From the human T2T-CHM13v2.0 reference genome, Homo sapiens: a stretch of DNA of 64,000 nucleotides. Each line of letters starts with the position of its first letter. The stretch's first letter is position 1. A program made the translations under genes and the position numbers. The notes under the pieces were generated by a model. That model saw only the letters and a list, made by a program, of their open reading frames with translations. It searched no databases and was not told where the DNA came from. The stretch lies in assembly GCF_009914755.1 (NCBI RefSeq), contig NC_060925.1; one strand, 5' to 3'. Positions 15,246 to 28,600 of the stretch are shown one piece after another.

Positions 15246-15734
15246 AACACCCCAATAGTATTGAGTGTCCACACACTGAACACAGAGACAAAACATGTAA
15301 TCCTGTCATTAGAAATGTATATTGTAGACCAACTCCTATAAAAATATGCAGTCTGCTTCCTGATTAGCTGAATTACGGATGCAGAGCATTCACACAGTTA
15401 TTTTAAAGGATAATAATCAACCTGTGGCTTATCTAGCCACAAGAGCCTTAGAGCCCCAAAGAGACAAGAGGTCATCAAGCCGAATGTCAGAAGTTTTTAA
15501 CTCACAAGATTAATGCTGACATTTACATAAGATGTCGTAGAAAACTAGCACCTGTCTTCACTTCATCCATTAGGAGGAATAATCACCAAGTTTTAGTCAG
15601 TGAATGCAGGCAGCAATGGTATGAAGGCCACACGTGGGGGCCAAGGTGGGGAACACAGGTTGGAGCAGGTACAGTGACCAACCCAGCCGGGAGAAGAGTG
15701 TAACTGACAGGTGTACTGAAATGACACCAGATTG

Positions 15735-15860
15735 AGATTCAGGAGCTGTTAATTCCAGTTCTCACTCTTACTTGTGGTAAGATTCTAGATGGGTCACTTA
15801 ACCTCACTCTTTCATTTCCTCATCTCTTAAATAAGAATTTTATATTAACTATCACCAAGG
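15735..15860 (+). mobile_element. MIR
   Basis: gggtcacttaacctc...tttcctcatct. Confidence 0.6.
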
Positions 15861-16729
15861 TTTCCTGCAGATCTTTTTATACTTTTAAGTCCATGTTCAA
15901 CAAAGTGGAAGTAGGAGAGAGTACAGAGTGGGAGCAAGACTATACTGAAGTTCAGGATTGCATTCCAACAAAGAACACGGAAAAAACGTCAAAGTCCCAT
16001 TTTTCCAGGCCAAAGGGTCAAAGCAAAGAGTAAGCAAATCCAAGCAAAAGATAGCACAACACTACAAGATACCAGCAGTAAAAAAAATCTATGGAACAGT
16101 CCATTAAGTTTTAATCTCAGGCTTTCTTCCTTAAGAAACTGAAAACTAATTCTGAATAGCGGCCAACCTGAGGTTGGCAGGTGGAAGGAAGGAGTATGCC
16201 TGGTTAGAATGAGAGGCCTTCTGAAAGAAAAGTTTCTAACCAACCCCTTCATAGTGACACACTACATTATTGTTTCTAAATATTATTTTGACAAGCATTT
16301 CCTAGCATTTAGTATTGGTATCAGTTCTGTTAGCAAATCCCATATTCTTAAAGAAGCAGAAGTAAAGAAATCAATAAACCACAGAGACATTTTAATAACA
16401 TCTTTCTAAGAAAGGAATTTGGGTTCTTAGGTTTTTTTCCCCTGAGGGAGATTGGTTTAATTGACTCACAGTAATAACGGCTTGATTCATGAAGAATTTT
16501 TTTTTAATTTGCACTATATTTTAAACCGGTTTTGCTAATGGCTACCACCCCCACTTGCCCAGCTTTAAATAACATAACCTAGCCAAGTGATTTTTTAAAA
16601 GTGGTTTTATTTATTTTATGTTTGTGAGGAAGATCGGTAGGTAATGTGGGGGTTTCTTCCGATCAGTAAGTAGTGTAATGCTAACTGCCTTCAATATCAA
16701 GTAGGATAGTGCTTTTACCTATGGGAAGA

Positions 16730-16825
16730 AATATATATGTATGTGTATGTGTGTGTTTATGTACGATCCCATATTTATATGTATATAATATATATACTAT
16801 ATTTCACATATGTGTGTATATATAT
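16730..16825. repeat. (TA)/(TG)-rich simple repeat
   Basis: atatatatgtatgtgtatgtgtgtg...tatatatat. Confidence 0.8.
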
Positions 16826-16952
16826 CATCCCAAACGCTTTGATGTTTAACCTAAGAGTGAAATAGGGAATTCTGGGTTTAGGGGTACAGTTCATAAATAC
16901 ATATGTACAAGAATGAACTCTGTAACATTGATTTTAATAAAGAGTTACTCTT

Positions 16953-17271
<319 letters not shown>

Positions 17272-17604
17272 TTAAATATAGGTTAGTTAAACTATTATTC
17301 AGACTTATAGCAAAATACTATACAGTTAAAAAAATTAAAGGTGAATTTACATGTATGGACATAAAAAGACAATCCAAATCTATCAATAAGTGACAACCAT
17401 ATTGCAGCACAGTTCTATGTCTATGTTCCTGTATCAGTATACATAGAGAAGAAAGCTAGAAGCTCATGCATCATACTCTTCTTAGTAGTTCTCCCTGGGG
17501 ATGGGACTTTCATTTTCTATATATTTTCTGTTATATGCAAATTGGTTGCAACTTTATATTACCATTAGAATCATTAAAAAATTTAAAGGGAAAACAATAT
17601 GTAA

Positions 17605-18145
<541 letters not shown>

Positions 18146-18453
18146 TGATTGATAAAATCTGGTTTATGTTTAATCTTCAGCAGTACCAAATATTTCATGA
18201 CTCATAACTCCAACTAACACAATTTTTTATTTATTAATGAATACAAAAAAAGGGGTAGAGGAGCTGTTAGAAACTTCTATGATGATGTGAAATAAGATAA
18301 TACTTAACCACTTCACATAGTGTTTCAAGGTCAATTAATATCTGTTGCCTTATTGTAGGCATTATCCTAGGCACTTTAAATCATAAGGTTTTGTGTTTTT
18401 AATGTATTCCACAAATGGAAAAGAATAGATTGCATTCAGAAAAGTCCAACCTG

Positions 18454-19412
18454 GGCCAGGCATGGTGGCTGACACCTATAATCCCAGCACTTTCAGAGGC
18501 CAAGGCAGACAGATAGTTTGAACCCAGGAGTCAACACCAGCCTGGACAACACGGGGAGACCCTGTCTCTACAGAAAAATATTTAAAGAATTAGCAGGGCA
18601 TGGTGGCATGCTCCTGTAGTCCCACCTACTCAGGAGGCTGAGGTAGGAGGATCACCTGAGCCTGGGGACATTGAGATTGCAGTGAGCCGTGATACTGAAG
18701 CAGCATCATTGTTTGGGGTAAATACCCGGGGTTTGTTTTCTTGTGCCAAGAAGATCAGGGACACTAGAAATATATGGGTGGGTTAAGAAGCAAAAAGTTT
18801 AATAGGCAGAAGAAAGGAGAGAGGAAAGCAGCTCTCTCTCTCTCTCTCTTGCGACAGAGAGGCTTCCAAAAGGAGAAAGTCCGTCTGTGGTGGACCATAG
18901 ATTTTATAGGCAGGCTTGAGGAGGTGGTGTCTGATTTACGTAGGGCCCACAGATAGGTTCAACCAGCTGTGATGTTTACGTAGCGCATGGGGAAGGCTGC
19001 CCACCCCACCCTAATCTTATTATGCAAATGGACTTTCCACTTGGCCAGTGCAGTCTTCTCTGCTCCTTACTGTACACGTGGCTGTCAAGGAGAAGAGAAG
19101 AAGGAGCTGCCATTTTGAACATGTCTAGTCCCAGGTAGCTTATTCCTACTGGCACAGCTGCCGGCATTCGCCTGCACAAGCTTCCAGCTTGCTTGTCTAT
19201 GTCTGCAGCTCGATTTTACAGTCTGCTCTTTGTTAGAAAAGAAAATGATTTGGGGGCTGCTTTTCATTAAAAGGAAAACCTTACCGAGGACTTCCGTACC
19301 CTCACTATCTGCCTAAGTAATTTCTTCTTAACAACTCCTGTATCAGCGCCACTGCAACTCCAGCTTGGACAACAGGCTGGAGACCCTGTCTCCAAAAATG
19401 AAAAAACAAAAC
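18454..19412 (+). mobile_element. AluJ split by an LTR (Alu parts 18454-18695 and 19346-19412)
   Basis: The right arm breaks at gagccgtgat and resumes at gcgccactgc; flanking aaaagtccaa / aagagtccaa TSD. Confidence 0.92.
18696..19345 (-). mobile_element. ERV1 solo LTR (LTR9-like)
   Basis: TG...CA termini; minus strand starts TGATACAGGAGTTGTTAAGAAGAAATTACTTAGGCAGATAGTGAGGG; family name from recall. Confidence 0.8.
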
Positions 19413-19536
19413 AAGAGTCCAATATGGAAGTCAGTCAGGGGGCCTGAATTCTTAGACTCAAATGTGCTTCTGACAGACACGCTGGGTGAGTCTGGTCAAC
19501 CCACTTACCCTCTCTGGGTTTCAATTTTCTCATTAG

Positions 19537-19918
<382 letters not shown>

Positions 19919-20950
19919 AACTGCCTGTATTGTTGACTGCTGTACCTCCAGCAACTAGAATGAGGTTTAGTACATAGAAGATGTTTAATTCTGTTGAAAG
20001 GGCAAATTCCTTAGTGGTGTGCTCTGAGGTTTTATATGTGTGGCTTTTGCTTTTAGCATAACTTTGAGTAACAGTGGAGAGGAGAAAATAAAGATCAGGA
20101 TCAGTTTCTTGGACAAGAGAACGTCCTTGCCTAAAAACCAAAACCAAACAGTTCAAAAAAAAAAAAACTATTGCAAAGCCCTCACTGGGTCTTGTTCTGC
20201 TTCAGAAATCTTGCAAGCCCTGCAGTGCGCCTGCTGGGAAGGTTATACAAAGCAGAGCCCACTCACAGAGGCCCAGAGTCGAATCATTGGCCCCCTCCCC
20301 CTTTGCATTCCTTGCCTTCCTCTTTTACTGTCGCTGAAACCTGCCCTATAAATCAGATTTAATTATCTATAAAATTTGGTGTAGAAAAGGATTTACTCAT
20401 TAAAAATGTTCATCAACTTGCTACCCACGTTCCAGACTAATAGAAGCGGAAAAGGAACACCATGGAAACACCAGACGGGCTGGAGAGATAAGCAAGCTTT
20501 GAAATACCTGAACCTCGGTTAAATAGCAAGTTCCAGTTTCTGTATTTGCCTTCTAAAATATCATGTCAGGAATAAGTAAATGTCACCAAATAATCAACCT
20601 GTTTCGCTATCTTTTCTTTTTTGGTTACTTGCTTCAACAGGTTTTTAAAAATGGGTTTTCTTAGTTTACCTCCTTTGCCTGTGTGATACCCAAGATATTC
20701 TCCCCAGTGGTGTGTGTGTTTGCAAAATGTCATAATCCTCTCTACAGCCAAACACAACGGCTCGCATTTAGTCACAGAGTGAGGAGCAGTTAATTAATGA
20801 GAGCCAAGGGAGGCAGTGAGGAAACATTGGAGAAAAACGTAGCCAGAGGAAGATCAGAGGGGAAATGTCTGAAGTCAGTCCAAGATAAATCTTCAGTCCT
20901 TAGGGAAAGCCCTGGGGTAGATGATGTGGGCTGCCAACCAAGTTGGATTT

Positions 20951-20983
20951 TGTGTGTGTATGTGTGTGTGTGTGTGTGTGTGT
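20951..20983. repeat. (TG)n microsatellite
   Basis: tgtgtgtgtatgtgtgtgtgtgtgtgtgtgtgt. Confidence 0.95.
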
Positions 20984-21809
20984 AGCAGGGGGAGCAGTTG
21001 TTTGTTCTTTTTGTTTGTTTGTTAAAGTGTGGAAGCAGGGACTGTAGGAACTTGGGGAGAAAGAATGTTAGAGTAGCTTCAACAAGGCAAAGCTTCTATC
21101 TAAAATTGCACATTAATTTCCATGAAACTCTTCATTCGTGAAAAGGCAAAGATCTAAAACTTTTTCTCCTTTCTAGCACATGACAGGATTTTTGTCGTGA
21201 CTTTCCTAAATTCTCACTGTGCCAAGCAAGCAAGAAAGTGCCCACAGGAGTGGGAGGGAAAAGACACATGGGATGGCAGCAAGGAAACCTGCCTAGAGGA
21301 GCCAGCCATCCCGTCTGTCCCCTCACTTCCTTCCAGAGAGAACGTCTTTCCTTGACAGCGCCTGCCTCCTGTCATTTCATCCCAACACTTTGCCCAGCCC
21401 GGGAAATCTGGATTTTCTTTTTAAAGAAAGATGTCTAGAGAGAAAAATAGAAAATGAACAGCCAATAGAAAGTGCAACAGAGCTTGTTGATTTGGTTCTG
21501 TCAGATGCCCCAAGTGTTCGTGGTAAGGCCCATTTTTTATTTCTAGAGACTTGTTTCATTTCACTTGCTGTATTCTTCTTTCTTCTGTGTGCCTTACTGT
21601 ATATGTTCTTTTGTTGTTTGTCCCTAGGACCTCTTTCTGAGCCTTCCATTCGTGATTTATCTAATCTCATGAATTCACCAAAACTGACCCAAATTAGGGG
21701 TTGTGCATGTTTTAACTAAGTTTGGGGAAAACAGGTTGCTCCAATTGCTATCCAGTCATTAATAGGATGGGTTCTTGTTCTCAGCTCACATAAGATCTTT
21801 GAAGACTCA

Positions 21810-22132
<323 letters not shown>

Positions 22133-22289
22133 GACACATTCTTGACCATACAACTGTAAGATTTCACAGATACACCACCCAGACTGATGGTCTGACTGAG
22201 TAAGGAGGCTTGGTCTTGGCCCAGTGTTTGCCCCAGGAGACTGTGGGGTTAAAAAAAAATAAATTATATGATAGGTTGTGCTTTGTGAT

Positions 22290-22455
22290 ATTCCCCCTGA
22301 GCCATTGTTTTGTTAATACACAGCAACTATTTACATATATGACTCACCTAGACTGAGCAGCTCATAGACAGGCATCTTGTCTTATTCACAAACTCTAAGA
22401 CAGTGCCTAGCCTGTAGAGGGATTTCAATAATTTTAAATGAACGAATAAACAAAT
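22290..22455 (+). mobile_element. L2 3' end
   Basis: gtcttattcac...acagtgcctagc...aaatgaacgaataaa. Confidence 0.6.
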
Positions 22456-23420
22456 AGCCTTTTCAATGTTAGAGCTACAGAACCATCTGATTCAAACACA
22501 AAAGCAAAAATTTTTAAACCTGTAGCAGTTTGACCTTTTGAGTTTACCCTTTTACTAAGACTATAAGACACCATGAGCGATGGCCCTGGTATTTTCCATG
22601 AGCACTGTGCTCTCTATCTCTTGCTGTTCCTATTTTGTCATTATCCTTGCTCCTAATCCAAATAACCATAAGAATACACCTACTCAAATCACTATGCTGT
22701 CAGTAAAGAGAATCTGTGGCTTTCATTCAAATGAATAACTACTGAATCTGAAATTCTGTGCCACTGAACTTTTACTGGCAGTGTGAGTGCATGTATTGGG
22801 AGTGGGGGTGGAGCAAAGAGTTGCAAATGAGGGAAAGGAGGAGTGTGAGAAGAAGGGAAGCAAAGAGGATGGAAACGTCTTGTTGTTCATTCAATCACGA
22901 TTCATCATTTACTTACTCTAAGCCAAGTAATGGGCTATGTTCTTGCCAAATAATGGTAAACAGGACATAGTCCCTCTTCTCAAAGAACCTAAAATCTACT
23001 AGGGGCTGCTGTATATCAACCTGATAGCCTTACTGATTTCACTGCCCCAAAAATTATACTATGTAAGTGATTGTTAGGCCTTGGGCTCTTCTAGTGTGGA
23101 GGGTAACTGATAATGGATGAAACCTCCCAGAACTTGAACTATGAGCTATTAGCTTATGCATTGTTGAGCACTATGGTCACTCTTCCATGCCAATAGGCTT
23201 GCTGCCACTGCCCAAGTGAATACCAAATATACTCCACAGGAAGTGGGGGAATCTAATGAAATCTAATACGGGGTCAGCTAGAAACAGTAAGCAGCCATCC
23301 TTGTCTTTCCAAATTATGCATATACAGCAGTTGTCATGCATAGGCAGAAAGGCCTGACACCTCTGAAGAAGCCTAAAGCCCATCCTGTCCTAGAAAATAC
23401 CCTCAAACCAGCCACAAAAT

Positions 23421-23575
23421 TCTTTTTCTTTTTCCTTTTCCCTTTTTTATTTTTTAAACTAGGGATGGAGTCTCACTGTGTTACTCAGGCTGGTCTCAAA
23501 CTCCTGGGATCAAGTGATGCTCCCTTGAGTCTCCTGAGTAGCTGGATCTAAAAGCGAGTGCCACCATGCCCTGCC
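23421..23575 (-). mobile_element. FLAM (free left Alu monomer)
   Basis: Single monomer; TSD acaaaattctt on both sides. Confidence 0.88.
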
Positions 23576-24400
23576 AACTACAAAATTCTTAATGACCCCC
23601 CGAGAAAGCCATTTTCGCCAGATTAAGTCATCAGATGCTTGGAAATTAAAAAAAAAAAATCCATGATCAAATCTTACTCATTATCAGGAATTAATGTATT
23701 TAATTAATCCATTACCCTCTCCCCTCTCTCCTCTTAACCCCTGCCTTTATCCCCACCCATTCCCACCTCTGTCTCTGCTCCAGTAGCTGTAAATCCAAGA
23801 CTGGGAAGTGGAGTGGGATGGCAGTGATTAATCCCTTATTGGGGAAGAACATCTGTTTTGTTCAGAAGGCTTACAGGTATCTCAGAGGGGAGCCTTGCTT
23901 TGGTTGTGGGGATCTGGAAAGAAAACATAAAGAAAGGAAAAGAAATACTGAAAACAATTTTTCCCCACATCACAATTTTGTGAGCTACCTGATCTGCAAG
24001 CAATAACTCTTCTCCTACTCAAATCTCAACTTTGGTTCAGAGCTTGCTAGAGTGTCTGCTACAGACACAAAACCCCCATTAAGATGCTTGACAATCTAAC
24101 CCATGCCATTTTTCTCTCAGAAGCAGCTATACTAAGTGACATTCAAACGTTGGTAATGAGGAGACATCTGCATATACACTGGTTTTGAAACATCAAGCAC
24201 TGGAGAAGTTATGAGCTGTCAATCACTTTAGCTGTCCTCCACCCTGTGTTTATTCAGAAATAATTTTCAAGGCTGCAGAAAGTGTTGTTACTAACTGATG
24301 AGCAAGTTTGAACACTGAAAATGAAGAATGATTGATGTTCTTTTAGGTAAGCTGGAAAACTCTCCATCCACTAGAGGCAGCCACAGCTCGGGATGCTGAT

Positions 24401-24478
24401 AAAGTTCTGACACAGGGAGTGAGTGATGAGTGGTGTGTAAAAGTTCTGACACAGGGAGTGAGTGATGAGTGGTGTGTA
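24401..24478 (+). repeat. Perfect tandem duplication, 2 x 39 bp
   Basis: aaagttctgacacagggagtgagtgatgagtggtgtgta at 24401-24439 and 24440-24478. Confidence 0.97.
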
Positions 24479-25084
24479 ACGTGCTGAAAACAGGAAGCTC
24501 TGACAACAATGTGAAGAGGAACCTTCTGAACACAAATTCTATGGCTCCAAATAAGCAAGTTAATAGTCCTGATATCTTGACTTGATCTACAGAAGAAACC
24601 CCACTCAGGATAACTTTTACTTTTCTGGTGGAAGAGACAATAAGAATAAAGACTCACTAAACGGTAATAAAATCCTCTTTGACTTACTAATTGGTTGGTA
24701 ATTTTGAAATTTTCTAATCTGAATGTTTAACTCCAAATAGTTTTCATCCTGTCATATGTTACAGTATTAACAGTTATAGAAAAAGAACAGGAATTATTAG
24801 AAACATTAAAACTATTCAAATCTAGGAAATGTGGATCTTAGGATTTGTGTCAGGAAACCAACAACCTTAGGATGTGCCCCACAGTTGGCTTTCCTGAACC
24901 GTGATCCCAGAATGCAAGAAGTCAACCCAATACAAATCCATGCTTTCTGACAATGGCAGAAAATTTTTTGGCCATTGTCCATTGACTGACTCACAAGCTG
25001 TGACAATGTCCCACCATTACATTCCACCGACTCCCCCGCAAGGCTGTCACCTGTCTTTACCTGCAGCAGCTGCATATATGCACA

Positions 25085-25440
25085 CATTTAATAACACTTA
25101 GTGGGGGCATGTTCTGTTCTAGAAACGGTGCCTGCTCCAAAGATACGGTGGTGAACAAAATAAAAATGCTCCCTGTCTCTATGGAACTCAGAGTCTAGCA
25201 GAAGACAAAGACACAATGTGAAATACACATTTCAATAAGTGCTATGAAAGATAGGTTGTACAGTGATATGAAAGGGAATAACAAAGGGATGCAAAAGAGT
25301 TATGAAAGGCCTCTCTGAGGAAGTCATGTTTAAGCTGAAAGGTGAAGGTTGCCTATAAGAAGGTCAGGCAAAAGACAGGGTGTGTGAGTGGGGAAACATT
25401 CTAGGCAGAGGTAACAGCATATGCAAGACCCCATGGAAGA
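25085..25440 (-). mobile_element. L2 fragment
   Basis: gtgaacaaaa...ccctgtctctatggaactcagagtctag...ggcctctctgaggaagt...attctaggcagagg. Confidence 0.75.
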
Positions 25441-26263
25441 TTAGAAAAAGGAAACAGCACCAAGATATGACCTATTTTCCTTAGATGACTGAGGGAATTC
25501 AAATTCAATGAATACCTTCTTTATCTTAAAAGCTAAAGCCTTTACATTTATTATAAATAGGGATTTCTATAAATCCTGTCAACTCCCACTTATCCTGTTT
25601 TCTCAATCCTGTATTTATTCACCAACATCTTTGAGCTGTTTTCTCTGGCCTTATCCTTATTCTTTCTAAGGTATATCTATCTTTTTTAGCAACCCCGATA
25701 ATTAGATAGGATAATCTGTTGAGATATTAATTTGTGATTTGTATTTCTGATTTGTGCTATAGAAGACTTGAAGGATTAGAAGGGACTTTCCTCCTACTTC
25801 CTTCACTGGAAAGACAACCAGGCCTTTATCTTCTAAGATCTTTTTTCTATTTTCAAGCAATTAACAGTTTATTTTTGTATCAGAACATCCTGTCCCATCC
25901 CTCAAGATCTGTTGCGCAAAATGTAGGCCCATCGGGAGGAAGAAAGTTGAGGAGAGGGGTGATTTGCCTTGCTGGCAACTTATTGACATGTCTTTGCCAT
26001 GCTCCTACTCAGGAAATTAGATCCCATGACCTATAAAATTCAGTCAAAACTGCAGCTAAACTCACACCCTCTGCTATATTGGACCTGAAGTCTCTGCAGC
26101 CATTCTCCTCTATTGCCACATTCATCCCCCGTACCAAGTCGTACCCCATCAATTCTGCCTGTCCCATAATTCATCTCAAGCTTATTTTCTTCTATGCTGT
26201 TTCCCTTTCCCACTTTTTAATTTCACCCTTATTTTAATCTCTCATTTTCCTGTTGTTTCATAG

Positions 26264-27018
26264 TGAAACCACTTTGCAAAATTATAACTGAGGAAACTAT
26301 GACAGTGAAAGACATCAGACCTAACTGATTCCATCTTGCTTCTAACGTTTAAGCTGTCCTTGTTCTTTCCTGGGCATAGGCCAAACTAACTTTGGGAAGG
26401 AATTCAGTTCATGGTTTGACTCTGAAACAAATTGGAACCAGCCCTTTCCTGAAAAACCCCGTTTCTTCCTTGGAGACCAGTCTGCCTTTGCAGGACTAAC
26501 AACTTAGCTACAACATTAGAAATCACAGTTTAGGGGTCATGCAGTCTCTGGTTCCAAGAGTTTGAACCTCCCGAAATTGCTCCTGGGGATAATATCGGTA
26601 TTGTGAAACCTAAGATCAGTGCTTAAGACCCTGCACTGGATGGATCAGCTGACACCACCCAGAGTGGTAATCTGGCTCAACCAGTTCTGCCATCCCTCCC
26701 AAGAACAGAAAACAGCAAAAAACAAACAAACAAACAAACAAACAAAAAAAACTCACTTCGACTCCCACTGCCCCCCATGATTCCATCTCCAACCTGACCA
26801 ATCAGCACTCCCCACTTCCCAAGCCCCTACCTGCCAAATTATCTTTAAAAACACTTATCATCAAATGGCTCAGGGAGAATGATTTGAGTAATAATAAAAC
26901 TCTGGTCTCCCGCACAGCTGGCTCTTCCTGATTTACTCTTTCTCCATTGCAATTCCCCTGTCTTGATAAATCGGCTCTGTCTAGGCTGCGGGCAAGGTGA
27001 ACCCATTGGGCGGTTACA
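26264..27018 (+). mobile_element. LTR8 solo LTR (ERV1)
   Basis: Starts tgaaaccactttgcaaaattataactgagg, ends gggcggttaca; 4-bp TSD atag/atgg; internal (CAAA)n. Confidence 0.9.
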
Positions 27019-27369
27019 ATGGTACTTATTGCCTATACCATGCATGTAGTTATTAATTACATCCTCTTGTGTATAAAACAATTAGAGAACAATGTATGCA
27101 CTTTTTCTCCTTAACTAATTTGTAGAATGCTTAATTACAGAGATGAATTCTTACACTCCCTTGAATCTCTTCCAATTCCTAGTGCAAAGCTGAATCTGTG
27201 GCAAGCGCTCAAAAATAAAGAATTTAAATCAAATAAAATCATTTGGCATCCAGTCTATGTGCAATGCCATGCTGGATGCTATGAAGATTTGTAAAGGACA
27301 TATCAGCCTGCCCAACTCCTTCTCCTCTCTCCAGCCTCAGTTTACATAGACTAGTTTTCTCTTGGTAGC

Positions 27370-27610
27370 TTCCCAACTCTAAGCACAGATTAGATGTTCC
27401 TCCTACATGTCACTAAAGTAACCTGTACTCCCCATAATACATCACTTTACATAGTGAGACACTTCATGCAAAAGCTCATTTATTCATCTTTTCCTCCAGG
27501 CTAATCTCCACGAGAATGTAGGGCCACATTTGACTTATTCATCATTTACACCAGTGCCTGGCTGTCCCATGGTAGACACTCAGGAAATATTTGTTGAATA
27601 AATAAATGAA
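27370..27610 (+). mobile_element. L2 3' end
   Basis: cagtgcctggc...ggtagacactcaggaaatatttgttgaataaataaatgaa. Confidence 0.7.
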
Positions 27611-28399
27611 AAATTTACTGACCTCAAGGCATAAATGATCTAGTTATTGAAACAGAAGAAATGTTTAAATACTTATGTGATGCATATGTATACTAATTAT
27701 ATATGTTCATGTTTACTAATGCATCTGTATAATCATTCATCTCTAAGGCTAACTATTGCAGTTTCAACATACTTTTGGTATGGTAAGAGCTCCTCATAAT
27801 GGCAGTTAGCTTGGTAATTGATAAGCTGTGTGGCTGAAAACAGTAATTATTAACACAATATTCAAATTTGTAGATTCACCCTAGGTAATAGCAGATCACA
27901 AAACTTAGCCAGGTGTTTCCCTCAGGCCCTCACACACTCACCTTTCATTATTCTTGTCTTCTTGACCATTCTTTATTCCTCATTAAGGCCACCTCACAAA
28001 TGAAACTCACCCTTGAGTTAGGTAAAAACGCTCATAAGCATAATTTTCATCCCTGTGTTTCTGTGAGTCCAAAGAGTTTTGTAAAGACTGAATTAAGTGG
28101 AGAAGGTTTTATGAGCCACCATAATCTTTTCTCTACTTCTACTCCAGGCTACATTAAAATCTACATTCCAAAAGCATAAGTACTGAATGTAGTTTAAAAT
28201 ATTTCCTGTATAAGCAAGCCCTCTCACCATTTAACTCTAACTCTAAGACACTCCCTCATTTATGCCTGGATTATAGATGTCAACCATTGAATATTGCCTG
28301 ATATTTTCTGTCTATCAAGAGTGGATTATCACTTGAAATGTATTAATTCCCTCCTTGGGGTTTCAAGGTTAGATAGAAGATTTGAGTGGCATAGCATTG

Positions 28400-28540
28400 T
28401 ATTCATTTATTCTTTTATTGAGCAAATATTTAAGGAACTGCTACTATGTGCCAGGCACTGTACTAACAACCAAGAATTTAACAGTGGGCAAAAAAATCCC
28501 ACATTTTCTTCCCAAAGTTTTTACTTTAAAGCAGAGAGAC
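28400..28540 (-). mobile_element. L2 3' end
   Basis: attcatttatt...caaatattt...ctactatgtgccaggcactg. Confidence 0.7.
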
Positions 28541-28600
28541 AGAAATCCATTTTCTCTTGGCCTAGGATCTTTTACACAGTTGCTTAAGTTCCTCAGTATC

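Noticed and set aside
16631-16664. agatcgg...tcttccgatc resembling Illumina adapter ends / short inverted repeat
   Set aside because: Matches are only 7 and 10 nt with mismatched flanks, consistent with chance; no evidence of adapter contamination.
24368-24382. CTCF-like ccactagaggcagc
   Set aside because: Lacks one G of the core (GAGGC vs GAGGGC); too weak to call without ChIP data.
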